From an uncultured Gammaproteobacteria bacterium (GTDB taxonomy: Bacteria > Pseudomonadota > Gammaproteobacteria > UBA9214): a stretch of 64,000 nucleotides of DNA. Numbering within the stretch: the stretch's first letter is position 1; each line of letters opens with the position of its first letter. The stretch lies in contig CAVVHS010000006.1 of the NCBI GenBank assembly GCA_963748215.1, forward strand, positions 608,001 to 672,000. Direction: 5' to 3'. A model generated the notes under the pieces. The model had not been told where the DNA came from. It made no database searches and saw nothing but the letters and a program-made list of their open reading frames with translations. Shown here piece after piece: positions 9,997-22,006 of the stretch. The translations under genes and the position numbers were made by a program.

Positions 9997-11263
9997 GACG
10001 CGGCGCCGACAGGATGCCCGGCTCGCCCTCGAGACGACCGATCAGCACCGCCCCGCAGGAATCACTGAATACGTTCACGCCGGTCCGGCACATGTCGAGA
10101 ATGCGGTCCACGGCCAGGATCAGGCCGACCGCCTCGACCGGCAGACCGATCGCCGTGAGAATGATGGTGATGGCGACCAGGCTGGCTGCCGGAATACCCG
10201 CCACACCGATGGATGTCAGCAGGGCCACCAGCACGACCGTTAACTGGGTGGCGAAGCCAAGCTCTATCCCGTAGGCCTGCGCGATGAACATCGCGGCCAC
10301 GCACTCGTACAGCGCGGTACCGTCCATGTTCACCGTTGCGCCCAGCGGGAGTACGAAACTGCTGGTGCGATTAGACACCCCGGCGCGTTTCTCGACGCAA
10401 TCCATTGTGATCGGCAGGGTCGCCGACGACGAGGCCGTGGAAAATGCCGTCAGCAGGGCCGGCGACATGGCCTGGAATTGCCGCAGGGGATTGACGCGCG
10501 CGACCAGGCGCAGCAGCAGGGGCAGTGTGACCAGGAGGTGCACGGACAGCGCCGCCAGCACGGTGAAAAAGAAGGCCATTAGCGGCGCGAAGGCGGCAAA
10601 CCCGGTGGTGGCCACGACCTTCGCGACCAGCGCGAACACGCCGACCGGTGCGAACAGCATGACCCAGTCGGTGATCTTCATCATCACCGAAAACATGCCG
10701 CGCCAGAAATCACGCAGCACCTGCGCCTGCACGCCATCGATACGGGTCATGAAAAAACCGAACAGCAGGCTGAAGAAGATCATTCCCAGCATCTGTCCCT
10801 CGGCGGCGGCCGCGACGATGTTGGCAGGAATCATGCGCAGGAATATCCCGACCACGTCGCCGGCGCCCTGCCCCTGTACCCGTGCGGCGATGTCCGCCGT
10901 ATCGGTTTCCGACAGCGGGATGATGTCACTCGCAGGCATGCCGTCGACGATCCCCGGTGCCACCAGGTTCACCGCGGTCAGCCCCACCAGCACCGCCAGC
11001 AGGCTGGTGGTCAGGTAATACAGCAGGGTTTTCAGGCCGAGGCGCCGCATGGCGTTGCCACTGCCCATGCCGGCCACGCCGGTAATGATCGAGGAAATGA
11101 TCAGCGGGACGATCAGCATCTTCAGGGCATTCATGAACATGCTGCCGAGGAAGGAATAGATATCGATGAACAGGACGCCGAAGATACTGCCGTCCGCGCC
11201 ACCCAGCCGACCGGCGATCACGGCCAGCGCCAGTGCTATCAGGATTTGCCAGTGCAGCTTCAG
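9980..11263 (-). CDS. Dicarboxylate/amino acid:cation symporter (DAACS, GltP/DctA family)
   Basis: [12 protein letters not shown] and [13 protein letters not shown] motifs; N-terminus extends in frame to (L)[13 protein letters not shown], with a probable CTG start at 11263. Confidence 0.9.
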   Translation of the reverse strand: MKLHWQILIALALAVIAGRLGGADGSIFGVLFIDIYSFLGSMFMNALKMLIVPLIISSIITGVAGMGSGNAMRRLGLKTLLYYLTTSLLAVLVGLTAVNLVAPGIVDGMPASDIIPLSETDTADIAARVQGQGAGDVVGIFLRMIPANIVAAAAEGQMLGMIFFSLLFGFFMTRIDGVQAQVLRDFWRGMFSVMMKITDWVMLFAPVGVFALVAKVVATTGFAAFAPLMAFFFTVLAALSVHLLVTLPLLLRLVARVNPLRQFQAMSPALLTAFSTASSSATLPITMDCVEKRAGVSNRTSSFVLPLGATVNMDGTALYECVAAMFIAQAYGIELGFATQLTVVLVALLTSIGVAGIPAASLVAITIILTAIGLPVEAVGLILAVDRILDMCRTGVNVFSDSCGAVLIGRLEGEPGILSAPRLSRPG

Positions 11264-11302
11264 CGTCTCTGTCCTCTAGCTGCCGGTGCTGCGGACAAGG
11301 TG

Positions 11303-11430
11303 CTAGCCCGCATTTCTCACCGGGTTGCAGTTAACCGACATAATGAGCCGAAACCATGAAGCTAATACCCATTCGTCAACCAACAGTGTGTCAGTGGGCG
11401 GTGCCTAACCCGGTGAGAAATGCGTGCTAG
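11303..11430. mobile_element. Short-form MITE-like element (128 bp); right CTAG contains the ppiD stop codon
   Basis: TIRs CTAGCCCGCATTTCTCACCGGG / CCCGGTGAGAAATGCGTGCTAG. Confidence 0.9.
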
Positions 11431-13340
11431 AGTTCGTCTTCCCGCGGGATCCGGATGCTGGCCTGTGACCTGAGCTGGCCCAGCACCAGTTGCAGAGCGT
11501 TGGCACCGTCGATTTCGTTCAGTGATCGCCAGGCCTGCTTGCGTGCGTCCTCGGGCAGGGCATCGTAATCACCCGGCTGCACCTCTTCCAGTGCGATCAG
11601 CGCATAATCGCCGCTGGAAAGCAGCACGCCGGTGTATACGGGCTTGTCCGCTTCCGGCAGCGGCATGGAAAACGCCCGGCCGACCAGTTCCCGCGACGGC
11701 TGCTCCGCATTACGCGGCAGCAGGATGCTGTTTTCAAGCTTCAGCGATTCGGCCGCCGCGACAGAGTCCATGGTGGCCTTGCCGCTGTCGAGTTCCGCGA
11801 GAACGGCGGCGCCCTTCGCCTCGAGCAAGGCCCGGGTCTTGTCCTGGCGCGCGGCCTCGGCCACGCGCTCCCTGACGCTGTCCAGTGTTTGCTGCTCGGC
11901 CGGCTGGTGTTCCAGTATGCGCAGCACGACGACATGGTCATCACCGATCTCTATCGCCTGACTGTTGTTGCCCTGCACGAGCACGTCGTCAGTGAAAATG
12001 GCTTCCCGTACGTCCGGGTTGGCGGCAATGCCGGTGGCGCTGTCACGCTCGATCCAGTCCGATTCGACGATCTTGAGTCCCAGGGCATCGGCCGGGCCCT
12101 GCAGTGAGTCCGGCTGTTCGAACGCCAGGTTGGACAGGGTCTCCGACTGGTCGTAGAACAGTTCACCGCGCTCCTTGTCGAGTAGCTGCGTCACCAGCTG
12201 CTCGCGCACGTCGGCCAGCGGTGTCGCTACCTCTGGCTTGATTTCCAGCAACTCGATGATGTGGAACCCGAACTCGGTCTGCACCGGTGGACTGCGCTCA
12301 CCGACGGCCATGGCGTAAACCGCATTCTCGAATTCCGGAGTCATGAGCCCCCTGGCGAATAATCCCAGGTCGCCGCCTGCGGGAGCCGAGGCAGGATCAT
12401 CCGATTCCGTCCTGGCGAGGGTCTCGAACGACTCACCGGCCTCAAGACGCTGTTCGATGGCCTCCGCCTTCGCCCGGGCTGCCGCTATGTCGTCAGCGGT
12501 CTGGCCCTCGACCTGCACCAGTATATGCCGGGCACGACGCTGTTCCGGTGTGACAAATTTCTCGCGCTGCTCTTCATACAGCGCCTTGATCTGGTCCTCG
12601 TCGACATCGGTAGCGAGGCTGATCCCGTCAGCATTGAGCTCCACGTACGCGATCCTGACGCGTTCCTTGCGCATGAACGCGCCGGGATGCGCCGCGTAGT
12701 AGTCCTCGATCTCCTGGTCCGATACGGCGGCCTTGTCGGCGACCACTGCGGCCGGGATCAGCAGGTAGTTGAAACGGCGCCGTTGCCCCTCCAGGCGGAA
12801 GGCTTCACGCAGGGCCTGCTCGGTACCCGCGGCGGTCAGGGCGATGCCGGACTTCAGCTGGTTGGCCATGATTTCCTGCTTCAGCCGCCATTCGAATTCG
12901 TGCGGGGCAAGCCCCTGGTAGCGCAATACCTGGACATAGCGCTCTTTCGAGAACACGCCATCCTTCTGGAAACTTTCGACAGTCTTGATGCGTTCCGCGA
13001 TCTGGCGCTCGCTGGCCGAAAATCCCTCGGCCTCGGCGGCCTGCAGGACGAGTTCGTCGTTGACGAGCTTGTTGATGGTGCTTTCCCTGATCAGCTTTTC
13101 GTCGAATCTGGCCGGGTCGAAGGCAGCACCCAGGGCCCGCTGCAGGTTCGACATCATCTGGTTATAGGCACTCTGATACTGCCGGGGTGTAATCTCGACA
13201 TCATTGATCTTCGCCACGGCGCTGGTGGCGTTCGACTGCAGGTAGGAGTTCAGACCGAAGAAGGCGAAGGCAACGAACAGGATGCCGAGCACGATCCAGC
13301 CCACGATCCCCATCACCTTTTCACGTATGGCAAGTAGCAT
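11427..13340 (-). CDS. ppiD: Periplasmic folding chaperone PpiD (SurA-N + parvulin)
   Basis: N-terminal membrane anchor, ARHIL, SDDPASAPAGGDLG, FGFHII; canonical position after hupB; start set at MLLAIREK. Confidence 0.93.
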   Translation of the reverse strand: MLLAIREKVMGIVGWIVLGILFVAFAFFGLNSYLQSNATSAVAKINDVEITPRQYQSAYNQMMSNLQRALGAAFDPARFDEKLIRESTINKLVNDELVLQAAEAEGFSASERQIAERIKTVESFQKDGVFSKERYVQVLRYQGLAPHEFEWRLKQEIMANQLKSGIALTAAGTEQALREAFRLEGQRRRFNYLLIPAAVVADKAAVSDQEIEDYYAAHPGAFMRKERVRIAYVELNADGISLATDVDEDQIKALYEEQREKFVTPEQRRARHILVQVEGQTADDIAAARAKAEAIEQRLEAGESFETLARTESDDPASAPAGGDLGLFARGLMTPEFENAVYAMAVGERSPPVQTEFGFHIIELLEIKPEVATPLADVREQLVTQLLDKERGELFYDQSETLSNLAFEQPDSLQGPADALGLKIVESDWIERDSATGIAANPDVREAIFTDDVLVQGNNSQAIEIGDDHVVVLRILEHQPAEQQTLDSVRERVAEAARQDKTRALLEAKGAAVLAELDSGKATMDSVAAAESLKLENSILLPRNAEQPSRELVGRAFSMPLPEADKPVYTGVLLSSGDYALIALEEVQPGDYDALPEDARKQAWRSLNEIDGANALQLVLGQLRSQASIRIPREDEL

Positions 13341-13386
13341 AATCCGTCTCGGATATTCCGGGTGACCTGATAGTTCAGCGTCTGAC

Positions 13387-13418
13387 AAAGAAAGGGCACC
13401 CGTACGGGCGCCCTTCTC
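13387..13418 (-). terminator. Intrinsic terminator after tRNA-Val/tRNA-Asp
   Basis: AAGGGCACCCG..CGGGCGCCCTT hairpin followed by a T-rich run on the minus strand. Confidence 0.7.
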
Positions 13419-13426
13419 TGGTCATA

Positions 13427-13503
13427 TGGCGGAGTGGACGGGACTCGAACCCGCGACCCCCGGCGTGACAGGCCGGTATTCTAACCAGCTGAACTACCAC
13501 TCC
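13427..13503 (-). tRNA. tRNA-Asp(GTC)
   Basis: Cloverleaf GGAGTGGTAGTTCAG...CCTGTCACG...GTTCGAGTCCCGTCCACTCCGCCA. Confidence 0.97.
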
Positions 13504-13510
13504 TGATCCT

Positions 13511-13586
13511 TGGTGGGTGCTGAGGGGATCGAACCCCCGACATTCGCCTTGTAAGGGCGACGCTCTCCCAGCTGAGCTAAGCACCC
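13511..13586 (-). tRNA. tRNA-Val(TAC)
   Basis: GGGTGCTTAGCTCAG...CCTTACAAG...GTTCGATCCCCTCAGCACCCACCA. Confidence 0.97.
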
Positions 13587-13596
13587 CGAAGGCGCG

Positions 13597-13870
13597 CTAG
13601 TTTACGGCATCCTTGAGGGCTTTGCCAGCCTTGAAGCCCGGCGACTTTCGAGGCCTTGATCTGGATGGTTTCGCCGGTCTGCGGATTGCGTCCGGTGCGT
13701 GCGGCACGTTCCCGGACCGAGAAGGTGCCAAATCCGGAAATGATGACCTGGTCGCCGCCAGCGAGTGCGCTGACAATGCTGTCCAAAACGGCATCGGTGG
13801 CGCTGGCCGCATCGGTGCGGGACAGGCCGGAGGAACTGGCAACAGCGTCGATCAATTCTGATTTTTTCAT
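13597..13870 (-). CDS. hupB: DNA-binding protein HU, +1 frameshift near 13642
   Basis: MKKSELIDAV...GFGTFSVRERAARTGRNPQTG; C-terminal PGFKAGKALKDAVN lies in the adjacent frame. Confidence 0.92.
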
Positions 13871-13989
13871 ATGGGGTTCCCTGGTGTAGTTGTGGTTTAT
13901 CTTGTTTGATACTGCTGGAAAACGTCCTGCCCGGCCGGCAAATGCCGCCACTGGTGGCGAACATTATCAGAACTCGGTTACCGGGTGCA

Positions 13990-14029
13990 AAATACCGCCG
14001 CTACCCACCAGGTGGTGAATAGCGGCGGT
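13990..14029 (-). terminator. Probable terminator after lon
   Basis: ACCGCCGCTA...TAGCGGCGGT inverted repeat followed by ATTTT on the minus strand. Confidence 0.6.
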
Positions 14030-14048
14030 CACTGCTGGCGCATGGCTG

Positions 14049-16457
14049 TCAGTGCGCAGTCAGATTTTTTACCTTTGCCTTCGGCTTCGTGGTCTTGCGG
14101 GGTGCGCTCTTGGTCTCGGTATTCGGCAGCGGAGTCGGCTGGTGCGTGAGCGCGACCTCCAGAACCTCGTCGATCCAGCGCACCGGCCTGATATCCAGCT
14201 TGTCCTTGACGTTGCTGGGGATCTCGGCAAGATCCTTCCGGTTTTCCTCAGGGATCAGCACGATGGAGATCCCGCCACGATGTGCCGCCAGCAGTTTCTC
14301 CTTCAGTCCACCGATCGGCAGCACCTCGCCGCGCAGGGTGATCTCACCCGTCATGGCCACATCGGCCCGCACCGGAATATTGGTCAGCGCCGACACCAGC
14401 GCGGTGCACATGCCGACACCGGCACTCGGCCCGTCCTTCGGGGTGGCCCCTTCCGGCACGTGAATGTGGATATCGTATTTCTGATAAAACTCGGGATCGA
14501 TACCCAGCGATGCCGCGCGACTGCGCACAACGGTCATGGCCGCCTGGATGGACTCCTGCATGACGTCACCCAGCTGCCCGGTGTGGATCATCTTGCCCTT
14601 GCCCGCGACAATAGCCGACTCGATGGTCAGCAGTTCACCACCGACTTCTGTCCAGGCCAGACCGGTGACCTGGCCGACCTGGTCATTCTCTTCCGCGCGT
14701 CCGTAACGGAAGCGCTTGACGCCGAGGTATTTCTCCAGGTTCTTCGGCGTGACGGCAACCTTCTTGCCCTTCTCGTGCAGCACCAGTTCCTTGACCACCT
14801 TGCGGCAGATCTTGGATATTTCGCGCTCGAGATTGCGCACACCCGCCTCGCGTGTGTAGTAGCGCACAATGTCGCGTATCGCATGCTCACTGATGGAGAT
14901 CTCGTTCTCCTTCAGGCCGCTGTTTTCGACCTGTTTCTTGAGCAGGTAGCGCATGGCGATGTTGATCTTCTCGTCCTCGGTATAGCCGGGGATACGAATG
15001 ACTTCCATGCGATCGAGCAACGGTGCGGGAATGTTCAGGGTATTCGCCGTGGCGACGAACATCACGTCGGACAGGTCGAAGTCGACCTCCAGGTAATGAT
15101 CCGCAAATGTGTTGTTCTGCTCGGGATCCAGCACCTCCAGCAGCGCGGACGAGGGATCGCCACGGAAATCCATGGACATCTTGTCCATTTCATCCAGCAG
15201 GAACAGCGGATTCCGCACACCCATCTTGGACAGGTTCTGGATGATCTTGCCGGGCAGTGAACCGATATAGGTACGGCGGTGGCCACGGATCTCGGCCTCG
15301 TCACGCACGCCGCCCAGCGACATGCGCGTGAATTTGCGGTCGGTGGCGCGTGCGATGGAACGTCCCAGCGAGGTCTTGCCGACGCCGGGCGGACCCACCA
15401 GGCACAGGATCGGGCCCTTCAGTTTCTTGACCCGTTGTTGCACGGCCAGGTACTCGAGGATGCGTTCCTTGACCTTTTCCAGGCCGTAGTGATCCTCTTC
15501 CAGTATGCTTTCCGCTGCGGCAAGGTCGTGGCGGATCTTGGAGCGTTTTTTCCAGGGCACACTGACCAGCCAGTCGATATAGTTTCTGACCACCGTCGCC
15601 TCGGCGGACATCGGTGACATCATCTTCAGCTTGTTGAGTTCGGTGGTGGCCTTTTCCTTGGCTTCCTTGCTCATGCCGGCCTTGTCGATTTTCTGCTCCA
15701 GTTCCTCGATCTCGTTCGGCGCATCCTCCATGTCACCGAGTTCTTTCTGAATAGCCTTCATCTGCTCGTTCAGATAGTACTCGCGCTGACTCTTCTCCAT
15801 CTGCTGCTTGACGCGGCCACGGATGCGCTTCTCGATCTGCAGGATGTCGATCTCGCCCTCGATCAGCACCATCAGGCGCTCGAGGCGGGCGCGGTCGTTG
15901 TCGATCTCGAGGATCTTCTGTTTCTCCTCGAGCTTGAGCGACATGTGTGCGGCGATGGTATCCGCCAGGCGTCCTGGTTCCTCGATACCGGACAGCGACG
16001 TGAGTATTTCCGGCGGCACTTTCTTGTTCAGCTTCACGTACTGGTCGAACATGGCCAGCAGCGAACGTGTGAGAATTTCCAGTTCCTTTTCGTCCTCTTC
16101 GGCTTCCGGCTGCATTAACTCGACATGCGCCGTGAAGAACGCATCGGTATTGTCATAGCCGGTAATGCGCACGCGCTCGGCGCCCTCGACCAGCACCTTC
16201 ACGGTGCCGTCTGGCAGCTTGAGCAATTGCAGGATAGTGGAAAGCGTTCCGATTTCGTGGATGTCGGCTATCTCGGGATCGTCGATTTCGGCATTCTTCT
16301 GTGCGACCAGCAGGATCTTCTTGTCTTCCTGCATCGCGGTATCCAGCGCATTGATCGATTTCTCGCGCCCGACAAACAGCGGGATGACCATGTGCGGGTA
16401 TACAACCACATCCCTGAGGGGCAAGACGGGTATCGCTTTCGAAGCCTGGTCTGTCAT
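14049..16457 (-). CDS. lon: ATP-dependent protease La
   Basis: [29 protein letters not shown] catalytic Ser, GGLKEK. Confidence 0.98.
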   Translation of the reverse strand: MTDQASKAIPVLPLRDVVVYPHMVIPLFVGREKSINALDTAMQEDKKILLVAQKNAEIDDPEIADIHEIGTLSTILQLLKLPDGTVKVLVEGAERVRITGYDNTDAFFTAHVELMQPEAEEDEKELEILTRSLLAMFDQYVKLNKKVPPEILTSLSGIEEPGRLADTIAAHMSLKLEEKQKILEIDNDRARLERLMVLIEGEIDILQIEKRIRGRVKQQMEKSQREYYLNEQMKAIQKELGDMEDAPNEIEELEQKIDKAGMSKEAKEKATTELNKLKMMSPMSAEATVVRNYIDWLVSVPWKKRSKIRHDLAAAESILEEDHYGLEKVKERILEYLAVQQRVKKLKGPILCLVGPPGVGKTSLGRSIARATDRKFTRMSLGGVRDEAEIRGHRRTYIGSLPGKIIQNLSKMGVRNPLFLLDEMDKMSMDFRGDPSSALLEVLDPEQNNTFADHYLEVDFDLSDVMFVATANTLNIPAPLLDRMEVIRIPGYTEDEKINIAMRYLLKKQVENSGLKENEISISEHAIRDIVRYYTREAGVRNLEREISKICRKVVKELVLHEKGKKVAVTPKNLEKYLGVKRFRYGRAEENDQVGQVTGLAWTEVGGELLTIESAIVAGKGKMIHTGQLGDVMQESIQAAMTVVRSRAASLGIDPEFYQKYDIHIHVPEGATPKDGPSAGVGMCTALVSALTNIPVRADVAMTGEITLRGEVLPIGGLKEKLLAAHRGGISIVLIPEENRKDLAEIPSNVKDKLDIRPVRWIDEVLEVALTHQPTPLPNTETKSAPRKTTKPKAKVKNLTAH

Positions 16458-16590
16458 AAATGTGTCCGTCCGTTAGTGAATTCGGTGAAATGAGCCAACG
16501 CCGTGCTGGCTGCCTGTCCGTGCATCGCCGGATCAGCAGCCTTCCCCACCAGTACCCGGGTAACGCGCTCCAGCTGCATATGACCCTACT

Positions 16591-16616
16591 ATGGGGTCGA
16601 ACAGCGCAACATCAAC
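16591..16616 (-). promoter_or_regulatory. Sigma-32-type heat-shock promoter for lon
   Basis: Minus strand GTTGAT-N14-CCCCAT, close to the CTTGAA-N13/14-CCCCAT consensus. Confidence 0.65.
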
Positions 16617-16714
16617 CGTTTTTTTGACAGGTAGTTACTATACAGCAAGGAATGTGCCAGCTTTTCCGGAATCCCGGCAATCGGGTAACTCTCTATTTCC
16701 GGTAAAGAAGTTAT

Positions 16715-17986
<1,272 letters not shown>

Positions 17987-18165
17987 GTCTCGCCCTCACG
18001 GTTATCAACATTTATGCTGCACCTTGTTTTTAACACTAAATGTTATTATCGTTCAACTCCTTCGACAGCGTTTTCTTTTATTTTATCTGACAGATAAATA
18101 AGGGTTTTTGCCGACCCGGCCCGCTGGTATCGCCGGACAGTGCATGGACGGCGTGTAGAAATCTG

Positions 18166-18810
18166 CTATTCCTTGTCCTTGCCAGCCACCATGGGCCGGT
18201 GTTCGAGGATCTGGTCGATCAGGCCGTATTCCTTGGCGGCAGTGGCACCCATGAAGTTATCACGATCGGTATCTTTCTGGATCTGCTCGAGTGACTGCCC
18301 CGTGTGCCTGGCAAGAATCTGGTTCAGGCGCTCCCTGATATGCAGTATTTCCCGGGCATGGATGTCGATGTCCGTGGCCTGTCCCTGGAAGCCGCCCAGT
18401 GGCTGGTGGATCATGATGCGCGAGTGCGGCAGGCAGACACGCTTGCCCTGCGCACCGCCAGCCAGCAACAGCGCACCCATGCTGGCAGCCTGCCCGATGC
18501 ACATGGTGCTGACATCCGCCTTGATGAATTGCATGGTGTCGTAGATGGCGAGTCCGGCCGTGACCGAGCCACCCGGCGAGTTGATGTACAGGTGGATGTC
18601 CTTGTCGGGATTCTCCGACTCGAGAAACAGCAACTGCGCGACGATTACGTTCGCCATGTAGTCTTCGACGGGGCCGACCATGAACACCACGCGCTCTTTC
18701 AGCAGGCGCGAGTAGATGTCATAGGAGCGTTCGCCGCGTGCGGTCTGCTCGACGACGATGGGAACCAGGTTCAGCGCCTGTATGTCATTAGCATTATTCA
18801 TGTTTTTCAT
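18166..18810 (-). CDS. clpP: Clp protease proteolytic subunit
   Basis: [22 protein letters not shown]. Confidence 0.98.
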   Translation of the reverse strand: MKNMNNANDIQALNLVPIVVEQTARGERSYDIYSRLLKERVVFMVGPVEDYMANVIVAQLLFLESENPDKDIHLYINSPGGSVTAGLAIYDTMQFIKADVSTMCIGQAASMGALLLAGGAQGKRVCLPHSRIMIHQPLGGFQGQATDIDIHAREILHIRERLNQILARHTGQSLEQIQKDTDRDNFMGATAAKEYGLIDQILEHRPMVAGKDKE

Positions 18811-18822
18811 ATCGGTCCGGGG

Positions 18823-20115
18823 TTATTTTCCTTGAGTCTGACGGGCTTCTTCGACAAGATCACTGAACGACATGCGTTTATCCTCTACCGTTACCCCGCC
18901 GTGCTCGATGATCCACTCCACAACCTGCTCCTCGATCACGGTGGACTGGACACCGTAGAGCATTTCCTGGTTGCCATAGTACCACTGGATGACTTCTTCC
19001 GGCTTTTCGTAGGACGCCGCAATGGTCTCTACCATTTGCCGCACCCGGTCCGGATCGAGCTGAATCTGGTTCTGCTTGGCGACCTCGGAAACGATCACGC
19101 CGAGCTTGACGCGCTTGCCGGCGAGCGCGTCCAGTTCCGCCAGCGGGCGCTGCCGGTTGCCCTTTTGTGATTTGAGTGTCTCGACCTCTTCGCTGATCAG
19201 TTTCTTTGGTGCATCGACAGGGTTGTGTTCAAGCAGGCTGTCGAACACCTGCTGCTTCAGCTTCGAGGAAATCAGGCCCTTGAGTTCACGCTGCATATTC
19301 CGCTGCACTTCGTTCCTGAGGCCCTCCATGCCGCCTTCTGCGACGCCGAAGGCCCGGGCAAACTCGTCATCGAGTTCGGGCAGCTCCATCTCCGCCACCG
19401 ATTTCAGCTTGACCGAAAAACTCGCGTCCTTGCCCGCCACCCCGGCCGACGGGTAATCAGCCGGGAACGTAATGGCGAGCGTCTTCTCGTCACCGGCCGA
19501 GAGGCCTTCCAGCTGTTCTTCGAAACCCTTGATCATGCTACTCGAGCCCAGCACGACCGGCATGTCATCGGCCTTGTTGCCGGGAAACGGCTGGCCGTCG
19601 ATCGACCCTTCGAAATCGATCACCACCTGGTCGCCGGACCGTGATGCACGATCAACGGTGTTCCAGCTCACCCGTTGTTTTCTCAGGGTATCCAGCATGC
19701 CGTTGATGTCTTCGTCGGTGATTTCAACCACCGGCCTGGACACCGTGAACCCGTAATTCAGCAGTCCCTGCAATTCGGGGAAAACCTCGAACGTGGCGAC
19801 ATATTCAAACGGCGCGCCGGGAGGCATGTCCCTGGTTTCGATACTCGGCGCACCGGCTGGACGGATATTGTTCTGGCTGAACGCCTCCTGCAGGGTGGCA
19901 TTCACCACTTTGTCGACGATCTCCATGCGCACCTGCTTGCCGTATTTCTGCGCGACTACCTTCATCGGCACCTTGCCGGGCCGGAAACCATCCAGACGCA
20001 CGGTCTGCGACATCGATTGCAGGCGTGACTGCACCTCCTGATCGATGCGTTCCGCTGGTACCTGCACCGTCATGCGTCGCGCAAGCCCCCCGGTATTTTC
20101 TACAGAAACTTCCAT
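18823..20115 (-). CDS. tig: Trigger factor
   Basis: GFRPGKVP ribosome-binding motif, FKBP domain, upstream of clpP. Confidence 0.97.
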   Translation of the reverse strand: MEVSVENTGGLARRMTVQVPAERIDQEVQSRLQSMSQTVRLDGFRPGKVPMKVVAQKYGKQVRMEIVDKVVNATLQEAFSQNNIRPAGAPSIETRDMPPGAPFEYVATFEVFPELQGLLNYGFTVSRPVVEITDEDINGMLDTLRKQRVSWNTVDRASRSGDQVVIDFEGSIDGQPFPGNKADDMPVVLGSSSMIKGFEEQLEGLSAGDEKTLAITFPADYPSAGVAGKDASFSVKLKSVAEMELPELDDEFARAFGVAEGGMEGLRNEVQRNMQRELKGLISSKLKQQVFDSLLEHNPVDAPKKLISEEVETLKSQKGNRQRPLAELDALAGKRVKLGVIVSEVAKQNQIQLDPDRVRQMVETIAASYEKPEEVIQWYYGNQEMLYGVQSTVIEEQVVEWIIEHGGVTVEDKRMSFSDLVEEARQTQGK

Positions 20116-20227
20116 TACCTCACCTCATGCTGGGAATTGATGCACTGTCGATTTTGCGATGGCTGCCGTTCCGGACCGGCCGGGTCCGGCCAAGGCATTG
20201 TATATCAGCCAGGTATATCAGCCAGAT

Positions 20228-20312
<85 letters not shown>

Positions 20313-20451
20313 CTTGTTCCCGCCCCCTGGGTCTCACGGCATTTTACCTAAATTTCACTGGAATGATAATGGGTTATAACTCTTTATTCGGCACTGCGGC
20401 TGTCCCGTCAGCGATATGCGCTGCGGTGCAGCGGCGGCAAGCGCCGCCTAC

Positions 20452-20474
20452 AAAAAACCCGTGCTGGGCACGGG
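20452..20474 (-). terminator. Intrinsic terminator after tRNA-Lys
   Basis: CCCGTGC-3nt-GCACGGG followed by TTTTTT on the minus strand. Confidence 0.75.
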
Positions 20475-20480
20475 CATGTC

Positions 20481-20556
20481 TGGTGGGCCGTGTAGGAATC
20501 GAACCTACAACCAATGGATTAAGAGTCCACTGCTCTACCAATTGAGCTAACGGCCC
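20481..20556 (-). tRNA. tRNA-Lys(CTT)
   Basis: GGGCCGTTAGCTCAATTGG...GACTCTTAATC...CACGGCCCACCA. Confidence 0.96.
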
Positions 20557-20624
20557 AAAGAGGCGGTATTGGACCACAGCGTCAGAAGTGGATCAAGCGA
20601 TGGCGGCGGTCTGTCAGGGTTGAA

Positions 20625-20701
20625 TGGGGTGGACGATGGGACTCGAACCCACGACGACTGGAATCACAATCCAGGGCTCTACCAACTGAGCTACGCCCAC
20701 C
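20625..20701 (-). tRNA. tRNA-His(GTG), including encoded G-1
   Basis: GGTGGGCGTAGCTCAG...GATTGTGATTC...CCACCCCA. Confidence 0.96.
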
Positions 20702-20741
20702 ATTGACATTCAAATCTGCTGGCACCCGCACCGTTTCGAAC

Positions 20742-20818
20742 TGGCGCGCCCGGCAGGACTCGAACCTGCAACCCTCGGCTTAGAAGGCCGATGCTCTATC
20801 CGGTTGAGCTACGGGCGC
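20742..20818 (-). tRNA. tRNA-Arg(TCT)
   Basis: GCGCCCGTAGCTCAACCGG...GCCTTCTAAGC...GGGCGCGCCA. Confidence 0.96.
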
Positions 20819-20860
20819 AGTTCAGCAGTCTTGCCGTGATTGCCCGCTCCTCGTACTGTT

Positions 20861-20937
20861 TGGTCGGGGTAGAGAGATTCGAACTCCCGACATCCTGCTC
20901 CCAAAGCAGGCGCGCTACCAGGCTGCGCTATACCCCG
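20861..20937 (-). tRNA. tRNA-Pro(TGG)
   Basis: CGGGGTATAGCGCAGCCTGG...CTTTGGGAG...ACCCCGACCA. Confidence 0.96.
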
Positions 20938-21138
20938 ATACAGAAACAGGTTCATGGTCACCCTGCACAGCCAAGCGATGATACGTGCTGCCCCTGCAGG
21001 GGTCAACAATATGCCGGTCTGGAGTGGCCTGCGGCTAATGGCTGTCACGACCGCGGGTACGGCTTGCGCGGCTTGTCCCTGCCATTGGCTGCATGCGAGA
21101 ATCCCGTGCTTATTCCAGATCCTGCAAGCAGCCTTCGA

Positions 21139-21993
21139 ATGACCGCGAAACTGATTGACGGCAAGGCCATTGCCGCCCGTGTGAAAGAGTCCGTCAGGCT
21201 GCGTATCGACGAGCGCCGCCTGAACCGGCAGCGCATCCCGGGGCTGGCGGTCATCCTGGTGGGCACCGACCCGGCATCCGAAGTCTACGTGCGCAACAAG
21301 CGCAAGGCCTGCGATGATGCCGGCCTGCTGTCGCATTCCTACGACCTGCCCCGGGAGACGAGCGAACAGGAGCTGCTGACCCTGATCGACAGGCTGAACG
21401 ACGATCCGAGCATTGACGGCATCCTGGTGCAGTTCCCGTTGCCGGACCATATCAATCCGGACCTGGTGACCGAACGCATCCAGCCGGACAAGGATGTGGA
21501 TGGATTTCATCCCTACAATATCGGGCGCCTGGCATTGCGCCGTCCCGCGCTGCGATCCTGCACGCCGCGCGGTGTCATCACCCTGCTGGAACACACCGGT
21601 GAAGCGTTTTACGGGCGCGAGGCAGTCGTCGTGGGTGCCTCCAACATTGTCGGCCGGCCGATGACCCTGGAACTGCTGCTGGCCGGCTGCACGGTCACGA
21701 CCTGCCATCGCTTCACCCGCGATCTGGACCAGCATGTGGCGCGTGCGGATATCCTGGTCGTCGCCGTCGGCAAGCCCGGCGTGGTAACCGGCGAATGGGT
21801 GAAACCCGGCGCGACCGTCATCGATGTCGGCATCAACCGGCAGGCAGACGGCTCACTGGTCGGCGATATCGGGTTTGATGCCGCGCGTGAACGCGCGGCG
21901 TGGATCACGCCCGTCCCGGGCGGTGTCGGTCCCATGACCGTCGCCACCCTGCTTGAAAACACGCTCTACGCGGCGGAGCACCTGCACGACTGA
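21139..21993 (+). CDS. folD: Bifunctional methylenetetrahydrofolate dehydrogenase/cyclohydrolase
   Basis: Start MTAKLIDGK; [24 protein letters not shown]. Confidence 0.97.
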   Translation: MTAKLIDGKAIAARVKESVRLRIDERRLNRQRIPGLAVILVGTDPASEVYVRNKRKACDDAGLLSHSYDLPRETSEQELLTLIDRLNDDPSIDGILVQFPLPDHINPDLVTERIQPDKDVDGFHPYNIGRLALRRPALRSCTPRGVITLLEHTGEAFYGREAVVVGASNIVGRPMTLELLLAGCTVTTCHRFTRDLDQHVARADILVVAVGKPGVVTGEWVKPGATVIDVGINRQADGSLVGDIGFDAARERAAWITPVPGGVGPMTVATLLENTLYAAEHLHD

Positions 21994-22006
21994 CTAACGG
22001 GCAGGG

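Noticed and set aside
20791-21138. N-terminal extension of folD in the ORF track
   Set aside because: It runs antisense through tRNA-Arg and tRNA-Pro; FolD similarity starts at ATG 21139
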